Positions 28,096 through 38,227 of a stretch of 60,882 nt of DNA are shown piece after piece. A model generated the notes under the pieces. That model was not told the origin of the DNA. It ran no database searches and worked only from the letters and a program-made list of their open reading frames with translations. A program made the translations under genes and the position numbers. This stretch comes from an uncultured virus (IMG/VR IMGVR_UViG_3300013306_000014) (lineage: Duplodnaviria > Heunggongvirae > Uroviricota > Caudoviricetes). The stretch is from the IMG/VR virus record IMGVR_UViG_3300013306_000014, one strand, 5' to 3'. Within the stretch, counting starts at the first letter, position 1. Every line of letters begins with the position of its first letter.

Positions 28096-31005
28096 ATGAG
28101 TTTAAGCGAGAAGATCGCCGAGAACAAAGCGGCGATGAATCGACTGTACAGCCTGACGGCCGATATCGTCAAAAACAAACGTAAGTTCGCTGTGCTGGCC
28201 GACAATACTCTCAAGGTTGGCGGGATGGCGTTAACAGCACTCACCACGTTCATTCGTGGTGCGGTCAACTCCCACATCGGGTTGACTGGTAAAGCTGCTC
28301 ACAACGACAGCGCTGCATCGGTTGGTATCATCAGTAAGGATCAGTGGGCTGCTGTTCAAGCTCCACTGCTCCCGTCTGGCATTTGCCCTATCTCTCGGTA
28401 CGGTAGTAATAACTATCTGCCGACTGGTATCCTGGGTACGTTCGAATCGGGTACTACCACATTCAACCCAAAGACTGGTGCAGCTTTCTTCGAAGACGAT
28501 GGTACTCTCGTCTATCTTCGGAATGCCACTAACGGTTCGATTCGTGGTACGTATTACGCTTACGCTCCGGGTGCTAGCAAGCCTACCCAACAACCGACTA
28601 AAACCAACCGTAAATATCGCCCTACGTGGATTCCTGCTGGTCTTACTGTACAGCAGATATTCTCGTGTTCGTCGTCCATCATCTTTGGTCGACTTCAGGA
28701 TGCTAATGGCGTCCCTGGCGATTACTTCGTGGCGGCCACTAATGGCACCTTCGATGACAGTAAACACACCGGCGGTTTGATTACTCCGGCTGAATACGCT
28801 TTGATGGGTGGGCAGCAGGGCGAGTGCTTCGTAGCAGATAACACCGTCTACTATTACGCATTGGTCTTTTCGACAAGCGGCGCTGTCCCGTTCAGGGTGA
28901 AGATGAGTTCGGTGCCACTCGCCACGGTACAGGCTGCTAACGGCGGGTACATCGACTTCCATGCCCTGACTGGTATTAATACCACAGGCTTCGGCAATGT
29001 CGTAACGAGCGGGGCGGATTACGCTCAGTTCTGTGCGAAGATCATGAGTACAGTCGCCGCGGACAATCCGATGGTTCTGAACTCAGGTGCATTCGCTAGC
29101 ACGAATGCCATGTACTACGGTTGGCCAGCGATGGTATCGGCTTTAGGTCCTGATGGCCTGATCCGTACGAAGATCTGGTCGCAGGCCAGATACGTGACCA
29201 ACACCGCACCGTACGCGGCGATGACGTTCAGTTGGACGTATAACCCAGTGACCAAAGAAGTCAAGTTAGACCCTGGCTTCGATGTTCAAAGTACTGCGAC
29301 GTATAGCACCGTAGCAGCCGAAGTGTATGGTGGGCCGATATTCCAAGCATTGCAGTACGATGCGTTGTCGAGTTCTGGTGCGCAATCTTCATTCTACGCA
29401 TTTGATAACTCTGGTAACGTATTCCGTTGTTCTAACCAGAACACTGTCGATGCGATTGTCATGGTCTACGGCAAAGTCACCGGCTGGACTTCCAAGTACG
29501 ATGCGTTGAAATGCCTATCGCAAACGACGGTTGGTAATGGCGGTGTGTCTAACCAAGCTCAATACGGTTCGGCATTAGGTGGTAACCTAATATCACCAAT
29601 ACCTCTATCGGCATCGGTGTTGTTACTCCAAGCCGATGGGTTGGATGCAGCTGGTAAATGGCGGCGTGGGTTTGCGTACACGATGCTGGAAGACACTCCA
29701 ACCTACACTTACAAATCACTGTACTCAGGTTCGCTGACTGGGTATAAACCATCGTCAATACGGAAATTTATCGTAGACGATGGGAAGGTTGAAGTCAACT
29801 ACGCAGCGACCGTGCAAGAAGTCTCCACCGGAGGCGTGATCACGGTGACTGGTCGTCGTTATCTGACTGGAATGAAGACAACTGGTCCTTCGATCATCAA
29901 TCCGGATCTGTCGATCGGTCCTCTGGTTTCCATCAGCACCGCGCTGGCCCAGTCTCTGGTGGACATGGTTACTTCGCAACTGGTTGGACTTGGGATCACT
30001 CCGATCGCTTCCGGCGGTGTTCGTTGCGATCTGGTCATTCCAACAGCGCTGGCGGTTCCTCCGTTCGTAATGGTTAACTTCGTAACGACTGATGGCAAAC
30101 ATGGCATTACTCTTGCGAAAGTCAATCTGTCGACTGATGCTCCCGGTAACGTTATTGCGATCGCCAGCATCGACGCGATTCTCGCACCGTATTACGCCTA
30201 CACCACTGGTGGTGCTAGTCTTGGGTTCAGTTCCACTAACTCAAACTGCTCTGGCGCGTGCAGTATCTACGAAGTAGCTGATGCGTTTCTCATTGGCGCG
30301 TCTAACGTCTGGAACATGAACATACCTGGATCGTCGGCGCTGGCGTCGATGGCATTCAAGTACAAGAAGTCGACCAGTCAGTTCGTAGCTAACGCTACGT
30401 ACAACATGGTTGTCTTCAACCACTACACCAGCAGTCGTGCGTACCTCTCCCATCCAGATCTTGGGTTTGGCGTGAATATCGTGACTCTGGCTGAAACTGG
30501 TATCAGTGACGACTCGACGAAATCTGTCTTCTTGCCGATCGCTAAGACGGAAGCTGAGTTCGATGCGTGGGTTAAAGGCAACGTGCCGCCAATAGCCCAA
30601 CGAGTAGTACTGGCTTCTCAGGAAGTGGCGCAAGGGTGGATCGTTTACTTCTCCGAACCTGTCCCTGTGGTGATTGGTGGTAAGTACTTCGTGATGCCTG
30701 TGCAGAGCTTCGACCTGTCCCTTCTGTTTACTCAAGAAGGCGCCTTGAAGAACAAGACGTTCTACATTTATCTGAAACAGTCGGGCGATACCTGCGCGTA
30801 CTCGATCGACGCTGGTCCTTCACCTGAAGGTATCGGTACGATGTTCTTGGGTACTATCACCACGAACGACGTAAAGATCACTTCGATCGTTACGGATAAA
30901 GTCACTCGTATCGGCACCTTCCGCCTCAACACTGAAGCGTTGGGCTCGTCGATCCCTGTGAGTAACGGCTTGCCTTCATCCCCAGACACACTGGAATGGA
31001 GCTGA
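28096..31005 (+). CDS. Long tail fibre / receptor-binding protein 1
   Basis: 969 aa, beta-rich in Gly/Ser/Thr; shares N- and C-terminal motifs with five neighbouring paralogs. Confidence 0.75.
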   Translation: MSLSEKIAENKAAMNRLYSLTADIVKNKRKFAVLADNTLKVGGMALTALTTFIRGAVNSHIGLTGKAAHNDSAASVGIISKDQWAAVQAPLLPSGICPISRYGSNNYLPTGILGTFESGTTTFNPKTGAAFFEDDGTLVYLRNATNGSIRGTYYAYAPGASKPTQQPTKTNRKYRPTWIPAGLTVQQIFSCSSSIIFGRLQDANGVPGDYFVAATNGTFDDSKHTGGLITPAEYALMGGQQGECFVADNTVYYYALVFSTSGAVPFRVKMSSVPLATVQAANGGYIDFHALTGINTTGFGNVVTSGADYAQFCAKIMSTVAADNPMVLNSGAFASTNAMYYGWPAMVSALGPDGLIRTKIWSQARYVTNTAPYAAMTFSWTYNPVTKEVKLDPGFDVQSTATYSTVAAEVYGGPIFQALQYDALSSSGAQSSFYAFDNSGNVFRCSNQNTVDAIVMVYGKVTGWTSKYDALKCLSQTTVGNGGVSNQAQYGSALGGNLISPIPLSASVLLLQADGLDAAGKWRRGFAYTMLEDTPTYTYKSLYSGSLTGYKPSSIRKFIVDDGKVEVNYAATVQEVSTGGVITVTGRRYLTGMKTTGPSIINPDLSIGPLVSISTALAQSLVDMVTSQLVGLGITPIASGGVRCDLVIPTALAVPPFVMVNFVTTDGKHGITLAKVNLSTDAPGNVIAIASIDAILAPYYAYTTGGASLGFSSTNSNCSGACSIYEVADAFLIGASNVWNMNIPGSSALASMAFKYKKSTSQFVANATYNMVVFNHYTSSRAYLSHPDLGFGVNIVTLAETGISDDSTKSVFLPIAKTEAEFDAWVKGNVPPIAQRVVLASQEVAQGWIVYFSEPVPVVIGGKYFVMPVQSFDLSLLFTQEGALKNKTFYIYLKQSGDTCAYSIDAGPSPEGIGTMFLGTITTNDVKITSIVTDKVTRIGTFRLNTEALGSSIPVSNGLPSSPDTLEWS

Positions 31006-31009
31006 TCAA

Positions 31010-31726
31010 ATGTCAACGCTTCTGGAAAAGATTGAAGAGCTGAAGACGAAGGTGACATCGTTCACCAACCAAATCACTCGCATCTTGACCCGGAAAGCTC
31101 CTACGGCGGGTACTGCTGACGACAGTACCCAGCTCAATGGGCAAATTCCGGCGGGGATGAAAACCCAAGTAGATTCGTCTATCTCAGCTCACGCTCTATT
31201 GACGAACAACCCACACGGGTTAACGCCAGCGATTCTGGATGCTCCAACACCAGCAGCGGTGAACGCTACGGCAGCGGAGAAGTTGATTCAGGGAGTTCTC
31301 CCAGTTTCTCAGTTCGGAGATCTTGGCGGGACCATTGTCCTAACCGGCTACGTTCAGTTCGTTCTGAACTTCCTGACGGCAAACCCGTTGCTGATGTGGG
31401 GTACGTATTACACCCTACCTGCGCAATCGCTCGACTTCGTTGCACTGTTCGGCAACCCTGCTAACAAGACGTATAAGCTGTACGTTGAAGTCGTCGGCGG
31501 CGTTGCTAAATACACGGTGTCTGAAACAACGTTGATCGAGACATGGTCGCGCTTCTACATCGGCTCGGTTACGACCAACGCTAACACGTTTACGGCAGTC
31601 AATTTGACCGCTGTGACTAAGCTTGATCACTACCGTACCTCCAAAGACGCTGTCGGTGGCGCGATCCCTAGCACTGCTGATCTGCCAGTCTTCACTGACC
31701 ACATCGGTAACGATTGGTTAAGTTAA
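31010..31726 (+). CDS. Short tail-fibre-family paralog
   Basis: NNPHG, PVSQFG and VTKLDHYR...GGAIP motifs. Confidence 0.7.
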   Translation: MSTLLEKIEELKTKVTSFTNQITRILTRKAPTAGTADDSTQLNGQIPAGMKTQVDSSISAHALLTNNPHGLTPAILDAPTPAAVNATAAEKLIQGVLPVSQFGDLGGTIVLTGYVQFVLNFLTANPLLMWGTYYTLPAQSLDFVALFGNPANKTYKLYVEVVGGVAKYTVSETTLIETWSRFYIGSVTTNANTFTAVNLTAVTKLDHYRTSKDAVGGAIPSTADLPVFTDHIGNDWLS

Positions 31727-31739
31727 TCGGAGCAATTCA

Positions 31740-32459
31740 ATGGCTGACGATAATAACCAGCTAATTCAATTGATGCACGATGCATTCGATGCGTTGCGTG
31801 TCAAAGTCTTAGCGGCACTAAGTAGAAAGCCGGATACCGCTGGTTTGGCCGATAACTCCAAACTGATCGGAACGGATACGGCAACTACGCTCATCAACGC
31901 GGGTAAGCTCGTCGGCACCAACCATGTTGCCGATAGAAACAACCCGCACGGAATCACAGCTGATAGTCTTGACGGCGTCGATAACGATACGGTTGATGCG
32001 GTGTTGGGTATTGCTATCCCTCGCGGGGCGCTACCCATTAGCCGGTATGGTGACTTTGCTGGATCGGCGTTACCCATCTCGTTTGCTGGATGGACGATAT
32101 CCTTTACAGCTCAAGTTCCATCGATGATGGCTGGGTACGACCTACCTGCTCCAATCGCCAGCATCAACCTCGCTACACTCGCAACGGATGTATCGAATAG
32201 AACGTTATTCGTTTATCTTCGGTTCGACGGCGTTGCGATCAAATATCTGGTGTCGCTAACCGCGTTAGCTGAAACAAGCGGCAAGATGTACATCGGTAAG
32301 ATCGTTACAGGGGATTCAAATATCTCTTCCGTCTCTATCCAGAGGGTTACTCGGATCGATACGTACCGTGTCTCTACGACGCCGGTGGGGTCTGCAATCC
32401 CTGCCACTACCAGTACGCCTGACTTGATGGCTCAACTAAATCCTGCGTGGATTCCGTAA
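31740..32459 (+). CDS. Short tail-fibre-family paralog
   Basis: NNPHG, PISRYG and VTRIDTYR...GSAIP motifs. Confidence 0.7.
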   Translation: MADDNNQLIQLMHDAFDALRVKVLAALSRKPDTAGLADNSKLIGTDTATTLINAGKLVGTNHVADRNNPHGITADSLDGVDNDTVDAVLGIAIPRGALPISRYGDFAGSALPISFAGWTISFTAQVPSMMAGYDLPAPIASINLATLATDVSNRTLFVYLRFDGVAIKYLVSLTALAETSGKMYIGKIVTGDSNISSVSIQRVTRIDTYRVSTTPVGSAIPATTSTPDLMAQLNPAWIP

Positions 32460-32525
32460 GTCGCAAATCCTTTGTACTCAGACGGCTAGTAATCTCCAAT
32501 CCTCTTCTTTCGGGGTTATGCTGAA

Positions 32526-33167
32526 ATGGCTAACACTATCTTCAAATATCCTCTCGACCTCTTCGGGACCAGTCCCGCTAACAGAGTAGTCGATGAGGCG
32601 CACTCGATTGGATCGGTGAAAGGTCGGATCTTCGTTGCTGACTACGGTCCATTCTTCGGCGGTAACGTCATCATCAAGGATGCGGCCAACGGTCGTGAGC
32701 TGGATGCGGTCGATGACTACAACCTGGTTCACTACTACCGGGAAGCGTCTAACGCCGCCGGTCAAGCTGTCTATTCAGCAGTGCAGATCGTAAACCCGGA
32801 TGTCAGCACAAACATCCTTTTGACGTGCCAGTATGTAGGTGGTGAATTTTCATTCTCTACGTATGCACTCAAACAAGCCATCGAGGCGTTGCAGAACGAT
32901 AACCGCCCAGTGGCGTGGGGTGACCTCATCGGGGTTCCTTCTCAGTTCGTTCCTGCACCGCACTTGCACAGCGCCTACGACCTGTACGGCATGAAGTACG
33001 TTGTCGAGTCCAATGCTGATATCGCTGCGGCTATCCGTGACGGTGATCTGGCATCTCGCCAACTACTCCTGACTCAGGTCAGCAAGAAGTTCGATTCGAT
33101 CGATGACTTCTGCATGAAGCTCGCGCTCTGCTTCGAAACAGCCGCTGGCGAATTGGCGTTACTTTAA
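32526..33167 (+). CDS. Baseplate/fibre-attachment protein, paralog 2
   Basis: YPLDLFG..N.V..E, GPFF, QYVGG, IG.P..F.P.PH.H. Confidence 0.7.
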   Translation: MANTIFKYPLDLFGTSPANRVVDEAHSIGSVKGRIFVADYGPFFGGNVIIKDAANGRELDAVDDYNLVHYYREASNAAGQAVYSAVQIVNPDVSTNILLTCQYVGGEFSFSTYALKQAIEALQNDNRPVAWGDLIGVPSQFVPAPHLHSAYDLYGMKYVVESNADIAAAIRDGDLASRQLLLTQVSKKFDSIDDFCMKLALCFETAAGELALL

Positions 33168-33194
33168 ACCACAGCGCATCCAGGAGTTTCTACG

Positions 33195-36134
33195 ATGTCG
33201 AAGACTACAGCCCTTGCTGCTGTTGCTGCTGGGTTCAGGCATTTCAAAACTGAACTCGCTGCTGCGTTGGCGCGGCCAGCTGATCGTACTCAGCACGCTG
33301 ACTATGCTGATACGTTGGAACACAAAACAGCTGCCCAAGTTCAGGCACAATTGCTTGCTGAAGTAACTGCTCACCAAAACAAGAAGGGTCAGAATATCCA
33401 CAAGGATCTTCCTGGTTCGTTGGGCAGTTACGATAAAGCGGAATACGACGCCAGCCTCGATCTCATCTTGGATGCGGACTCTGGCGTTCCGATGTCTTTC
33501 TACGGTGACCGTGAATTCCTTCCACCAAACATCACTGGTTCCTTCGAGTCGGGTTCTAACCTGACTCCTTGGGGCTACGTGGCAATGATGATGGAAGATA
33601 ACGGCACTCTGATGATGTTGCGGACAGGTACTGACGGTGACTCCAAAGGGGTTTACTACAGTTACATCCGTAACGCCCAGACTGAGACGGATCTCAGTAA
33701 GATCATCATGTCCAACACCAGATACGAGCCGGCTTATTTCCCAGCCAGCTTGAGAGCAATGGCAATCCTTCATGGTAGCCAAGACCTCATCATCGGCGTG
33801 ATGTGCAACAAGTCTGATGGAGCCCGTAACGGTTACTTCGTGTCGCTTACAAACAACACGATGGACCACACGAAACATACGGGCTTCTTCATCCCTGAGG
33901 GTTATCTTTTCAACGTAACCCTGAAGCAGTACATGGAGACGCCTTCTGTTCCAGGTCCGGGTCTACGTTCTGTTCCAATGGGTTATGTCAAGGCTGGTTG
34001 GGCTTACTTCCTGATCGACCTGTTCGACGAAGGTAAGATCGGTTATCGTGTTTGGCGCTGCCCGGTTGCTAACCTGATCTCAGGCGTGTTGGGCGGGTTC
34101 GAACGCGTGACGGGTTGGACCATTAACCGTGGGTCTGGCGGTGTCATTGGTAGCGCCGACCTCGTGCTGTTCGATAGCCCAGCGGCTCCATTCATCCTGA
34201 CTGGCGCACCAGCTGGATTGCATTCATTGACTAACGCCAGTCCTTGCAGACAAGCGATGGTTCGTGAAGATGGCCGCGTCAATATCTTCCAACAGTTCTA
34301 TCAACAGTTCTATTCTGGCGATGGCGCTACAGGCGAATTGGGTAAGAACTACATCTTCAATTTCCTGATCCCTGATAACAAGGTTATTGACGTTGCGCGT
34401 TACTACAACCAGAAAGCTGTAATCAACTACAGCGGCTCCCAATTCACGTTCAACGATAGCCCAGCAGCTCCGTTGATCGAGGTAGGTAGATACCTGTCAA
34501 CGGTGGGTGGTCAATCGGCTGCGTCGATCTACACCACCAAATTCAACCAAATGTGGGTTTACCAAACGGTAACTTACTACACGGCCCGGACGTTGTACCG
34601 CATCGATCACGATCAGAACGCCGACCCATTCACTATCTTTGATGCACGTACGCCTTGGGGACCTAAAACCCTCGGGCTGAACGTCACTGGTAGATACGGT
34701 AGTGGTTTGACTGAATCGTTTGCAGCCCACTCGAATATCGGCGATAACGTGGTGAGCTGTGTGAACAGTTCACGTAACGCGGCTAACCAGTTCGGTCGGT
34801 GGGGCGTGCGTTGCGTTCTGGAAGGGAATCCAGACTATCAGTATTCGTCCGTTACCGGTGGTTCCGCCTTCCGCGGTTTCGCACCGACGAAGAACCGTTA
34901 TCAGCTGAGTGCTCTTGGTATCCCTGAGGGTAATGCAATTCAACTGCTTAACGAGGCCCACCCTGGTGGTTCTTTCGTTAGTCAGGCGCGATTCATCAGC
35001 CGTGATGGCCCATTGGTTCGTTCGTACAACATCGACACAAACATGAATGGTTCTGGTACTGTTCAGACTTCAGCCGCGGTAATGAATAGTCTCAAGCAGC
35101 AGATTGTCAGTGCCTTGGGTGCACGAGGGATCGGTCTGTACTACGGACCGAATACTGCCGAGAACGTGTTGTTCGAACTCGTCGTTCCACAGATGTACGG
35201 TGGCCTACCTCCGTTCGTATCAGGCTTGTTCATCGGTAGCGATCGCGTTACCCGCATGTTCCTTTGCAGTGTTGACATCGCTGGTAGTCGTCAAAACGTT
35301 ACTGCTGCGAGTCTTCAGACCGGCACGTTCACTTACGTGAACAGTCAGATCGCTATGGGTATTTCCATCTCCTTGGATTACTGGCCTGAGGCTGGACAGA
35401 CCGTTATTCGTGCGACCAGTAACGGGTTCACGTTAGGGCTTTCTCCTGCTGTAGTGAACTTGGTGTCTGGTGACCGTGAGCAGTTACTGATCATGGCCAC
35501 ATGGACTGGCGGTGCATGGGCATTCGTTGGCTCGCCTTACTGGAACTACGTTCAAGTGGCACCGGCTGGATTCTTGAATTTCCCTAGCCGTGGATTGTAC
35601 TTCACGAAAACGTCTGAGTTTATCCGAGGTCAGATTGACTGCGGTACGAAGATGATCGGGACATTGGTATCGACGTCAGAACCACCGTCTCAGGGAATCG
35701 GCGAGCTTTACGATGGGCGGATATCGGACATCAACTCCTCGATCGTGATCGTGTCCCAGAAGACGGTAAGTGCGTGGACTGTTTACTTCTCTGACGAGGC
35801 ACCAGCAATGCTGGATGGTGTCTTCCAGTTGATTGGGCAGACTACCTACGAGTTGACACCTGGGGTGGATATCAACAAGACGTACCACGTCTGGATCGTG
35901 AAGATCAATGGGGTGTTGTCGTACAAGATCGTCGAAAGTTCTACGGCGACTCCGGTTGCTGAGGCGTCATTGTACCTCGGTTACTTCACCACTACGAACG
36001 CTGGCCTCAACGCAGTTATCACTGCGAAGCGGGTGGCTATCGGTGGAATGGTTCTTGCTCGTGCATCGCAAGGTTCTGGTATCCCTCTCACGTCCGGTAC
36101 GCCTAACACGCCTGGCCGCCTGAACTGGAGATAA
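33195..36134 (+). CDS. Long tail fibre / receptor-binding protein 2
   Basis: 979 aa; colinear motifs with 28096-31005 (G.FESG, ED.GTL..LR, TN.T.D..KHTG, W.VYFS, GS.IP). Confidence 0.75.
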   Translation: MSKTTALAAVAAGFRHFKTELAAALARPADRTQHADYADTLEHKTAAQVQAQLLAEVTAHQNKKGQNIHKDLPGSLGSYDKAEYDASLDLILDADSGVPMSFYGDREFLPPNITGSFESGSNLTPWGYVAMMMEDNGTLMMLRTGTDGDSKGVYYSYIRNAQTETDLSKIIMSNTRYEPAYFPASLRAMAILHGSQDLIIGVMCNKSDGARNGYFVSLTNNTMDHTKHTGFFIPEGYLFNVTLKQYMETPSVPGPGLRSVPMGYVKAGWAYFLIDLFDEGKIGYRVWRCPVANLISGVLGGFERVTGWTINRGSGGVIGSADLVLFDSPAAPFILTGAPAGLHSLTNASPCRQAMVREDGRVNIFQQFYQQFYSGDGATGELGKNYIFNFLIPDNKVIDVARYYNQKAVINYSGSQFTFNDSPAAPLIEVGRYLSTVGGQSAASIYTTKFNQMWVYQTVTYYTARTLYRIDHDQNADPFTIFDARTPWGPKTLGLNVTGRYGSGLTESFAAHSNIGDNVVSCVNSSRNAANQFGRWGVRCVLEGNPDYQYSSVTGGSAFRGFAPTKNRYQLSALGIPEGNAIQLLNEAHPGGSFVSQARFISRDGPLVRSYNIDTNMNGSGTVQTSAAVMNSLKQQIVSALGARGIGLYYGPNTAENVLFELVVPQMYGGLPPFVSGLFIGSDRVTRMFLCSVDIAGSRQNVTAASLQTGTFTYVNSQIAMGISISLDYWPEAGQTVIRATSNGFTLGLSPAVVNLVSGDREQLLIMATWTGGAWAFVGSPYWNYVQVAPAGFLNFPSRGLYFTKTSEFIRGQIDCGTKMIGTLVSTSEPPSQGIGELYDGRISDINSSIVIVSQKTVSAWTVYFSDEAPAMLDGVFQLIGQTTYELTPGVDINKTYHVWIVKINGVLSYKIVESSTATPVAEASLYLGYFTTTNAGLNAVITAKRVAIGGMVLARASQGSGIPLTSGTPNTPGRLNWR

Positions 36135-36136
36135 AC

Positions 36137-36817
36137 ATGACAGAAGAAGAGATCCGGCAGAACTTAGAGGACAAGTTCAGGTTGTGGAAGGAGGAAGTAA
36201 AACGCCTCATCGACCGAGCTGCCCAGTTCGCCGTACGCGCGTACAACACGGATCGTATCAACGGGTATTCGCTTGCGGATCTCGTTGCTATCATTCGTGG
36301 GGAAGTCAAGGCTCACGAAGACACGGTCAACGCCCACGGCGATACTCTCGCCACGTTGGGCGGTATGACCAAGACCACGTTCGATGCTCAGCGGGTCAAC
36401 TACTATCCAAAGGATGCAGTACCTGTAAGTAAGGTTCCTTTGGTAGCGGTAACGGTAGGTGCGGGGACGCTCAACGTCCCTGCCTTCACCATGATCTTCC
36501 AAGGTCGTAAGGTCAACGTGACTGCGGCTAACCTCACCCTGAGTACGGATGCCAGACAGTACGTAACTGTCACGCTCTCTGGAGCAGTACCTAACCGCGT
36601 CTCTACATTGGGCGTTACGACCAACGTCACTGAATCGTTGAACAAGATCATCTTCGGCGCAGTGAACTACGCTGGTGGGGTCTGGACTCCAGCAATGGTG
36701 CAGATCGTTCGACTCGGTATGTTTGCTGTAACGCAGACACCTCGTGGGCAGGCCATCCCTGCGTCGACTGGTACTCAGGCAGCTCCATCCAACATCAACA
36801 GTGGTTGGACGACTTAA
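36137..36817 (+). CDS. Short tail-fibre-family paralog
   Basis: NAHG, PVSK and VRLGMF...GQAIP motifs. Confidence 0.7.
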   Translation: MTEEEIRQNLEDKFRLWKEEVKRLIDRAAQFAVRAYNTDRINGYSLADLVAIIRGEVKAHEDTVNAHGDTLATLGGMTKTTFDAQRVNYYPKDAVPVSKVPLVAVTVGAGTLNVPAFTMIFQGRKVNVTAANLTLSTDARQYVTVTLSGAVPNRVSTLGVTTNVTESLNKIIFGAVNYAGGVWTPAMVQIVRLGMFAVTQTPRGQAIPASTGTQAAPSNINSGWTT

Positions 36818-36828
36818 AGGAGATCGCC

Positions 36829-37572
36829 ATGGCAGGTCCTATTACGGCCGGGTATCTCCTGGTCAGTAAGTACTTCAGGCACTACGATGAGCAGATTAAA
36901 CGTCTGCTCGCTCGTAAGCGTGCGTTGGCCTTGGAAGCAGATGATGCTGACTTGATTGCCAACCAGTTTGACTGGAAGGGTCTACTGAAGCCGGCGCGTG
37001 ATGCGCTGGCTGCACACATCGCGTTAAGAAACAACCCGCACCAAGAGTCTATGGATACCATCGGCTCGTATAGCGCTAACACGATCAACACTAAGCTTGG
37101 GAAGAAGGTTCCGATCTCGATCGTTCCTGTTTCCAGTTACGGTGTGGTGGACGAGTTGACTGATCCGCAGGTCGATGCAGCGTGGACGTTCAATGGGTGG
37201 ACTGCTACATGTAACCGCGTGATGAACGCGATCCTGTCAGGCACGCCTTACGTTCTTCCTGTTACATCGATCAATCTGCTGGCCATCGATCCAGCGCCAG
37301 CGAACAAGACGTTCTACGTTTACGTTCGCTCGACGTTCGGTATCGTGACCTATCAGTGTCGAGCTGACTCTCCACCTGAATCGGTATCGGTAATGTTCAT
37401 CGGCCGCATCACTACAGGTGCGGCTGGTATCATTGCGATGTCGTTCGCCTCGTGCTTGCGGATTGATACATTCCGCGTTAGTCAGGCACCGATCGGTTCT
37501 GCAATTCCTGCAACTCAAGGTAACTACGACGTACCGACTAAACTGACGGCGCCGTGGAACCCTTTACCATGA
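36829..37572 (+). CDS. Short tail-fibre-family paralog
   Basis: NNPH, PVSSYG and LRIDTFR...GSAIP motifs; AAGGAG RBS before ATG 36829. Confidence 0.7.
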   Translation: MAGPITAGYLLVSKYFRHYDEQIKRLLARKRALALEADDADLIANQFDWKGLLKPARDALAAHIALRNNPHQESMDTIGSYSANTINTKLGKKVPISIVPVSSYGVVDELTDPQVDAAWTFNGWTATCNRVMNAILSGTPYVLPVTSINLLAIDPAPANKTFYVYVRSTFGIVTYQCRADSPPESVSVMFIGRITTGAAGIIAMSFASCLRIDTFRVSQAPIGSAIPATQGNYDVPTKLTAPWNPLP

Positions 37573-37592
37573 TCCTTTAAGGAAACGATTAG

Positions 37593-38216
37593 ATGACACA
37601 GCCAGTACCAGAACTTCCGACCAACGTCCAATCGACTAACCCGTATACCGGGCTGGATCGTGGACTGTTTCTGTACCGAGCGCCTGGGCTGGCTCAATAC
37701 GCTCGCATCCATGCAGCACGTTGGGTCTGTAACGGCCCTAGAGCTTCTGTGGGCGTGTTGGAGTATCAGGTGATGACTTACTCGAGTAAGCCAGTTACCG
37801 CCGCTGACTACGCAGCTGGGACGCTTCTGAATGCTCCCAACGGTACGAAGTGGTTCGACACGTTTACCCGTGGTCTCGTGGCAACGCCAATCTTGGCAGA
37901 ATACTGGGCAGTCAACTCCTACTACACGCATTACGCGGAAGCAGGGGCTGAGATGCTCGGTGATGTTGAGAAGGCAAACATCCTGGCTCAAAGCAAGGTG
38001 TTCGTCGAAACCATGGCCAAGTGGGCTGGGTTGGACGCTGTGGAATTGACCATGACGTTCAACGCAGTCGCTGGCCAGCCTCTGAGCCTCACGTCTCAGA
38101 ATCTCGGTATCGACTACACCCGTGATACGGTCCAACATCACGTTGACCTTGTCACACTTCCGACTGGTGAGTTTGATGCAGTGCAAGTTGCATTGTCTCA
38201 TCTCAAGACCATTTAA
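37593..38216 (+). CDS. Hypothetical protein (possible fibre assembly factor)
   Basis: 207 aa; AAGGA RBS; between the fibre cluster and the endolysin. Confidence 0.6.
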   Translation: MTQPVPELPTNVQSTNPYTGLDRGLFLYRAPGLAQYARIHAARWVCNGPRASVGVLEYQVMTYSSKPVTAADYAAGTLLNAPNGTKWFDTFTRGLVATPILAEYWAVNSYYTHYAEAGAEMLGDVEKANILAQSKVFVETMAKWAGLDAVELTMTFNAVAGQPLSLTSQNLGIDYTRDTVQHHVDLVTLPTGEFDAVQVALSHLKTI

Positions 38217-38227
38217 GGAGAAGCCTC

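Noticed and set aside
28096..37572. Diversity-generating retroelement or invertible shufflon acting on the fibre genes
   Set aside because: No reverse transcriptase, invertase, near-identical TR/VR nucleotide repeat or inverted cassette was seen; similarity is at the diverged protein level only.
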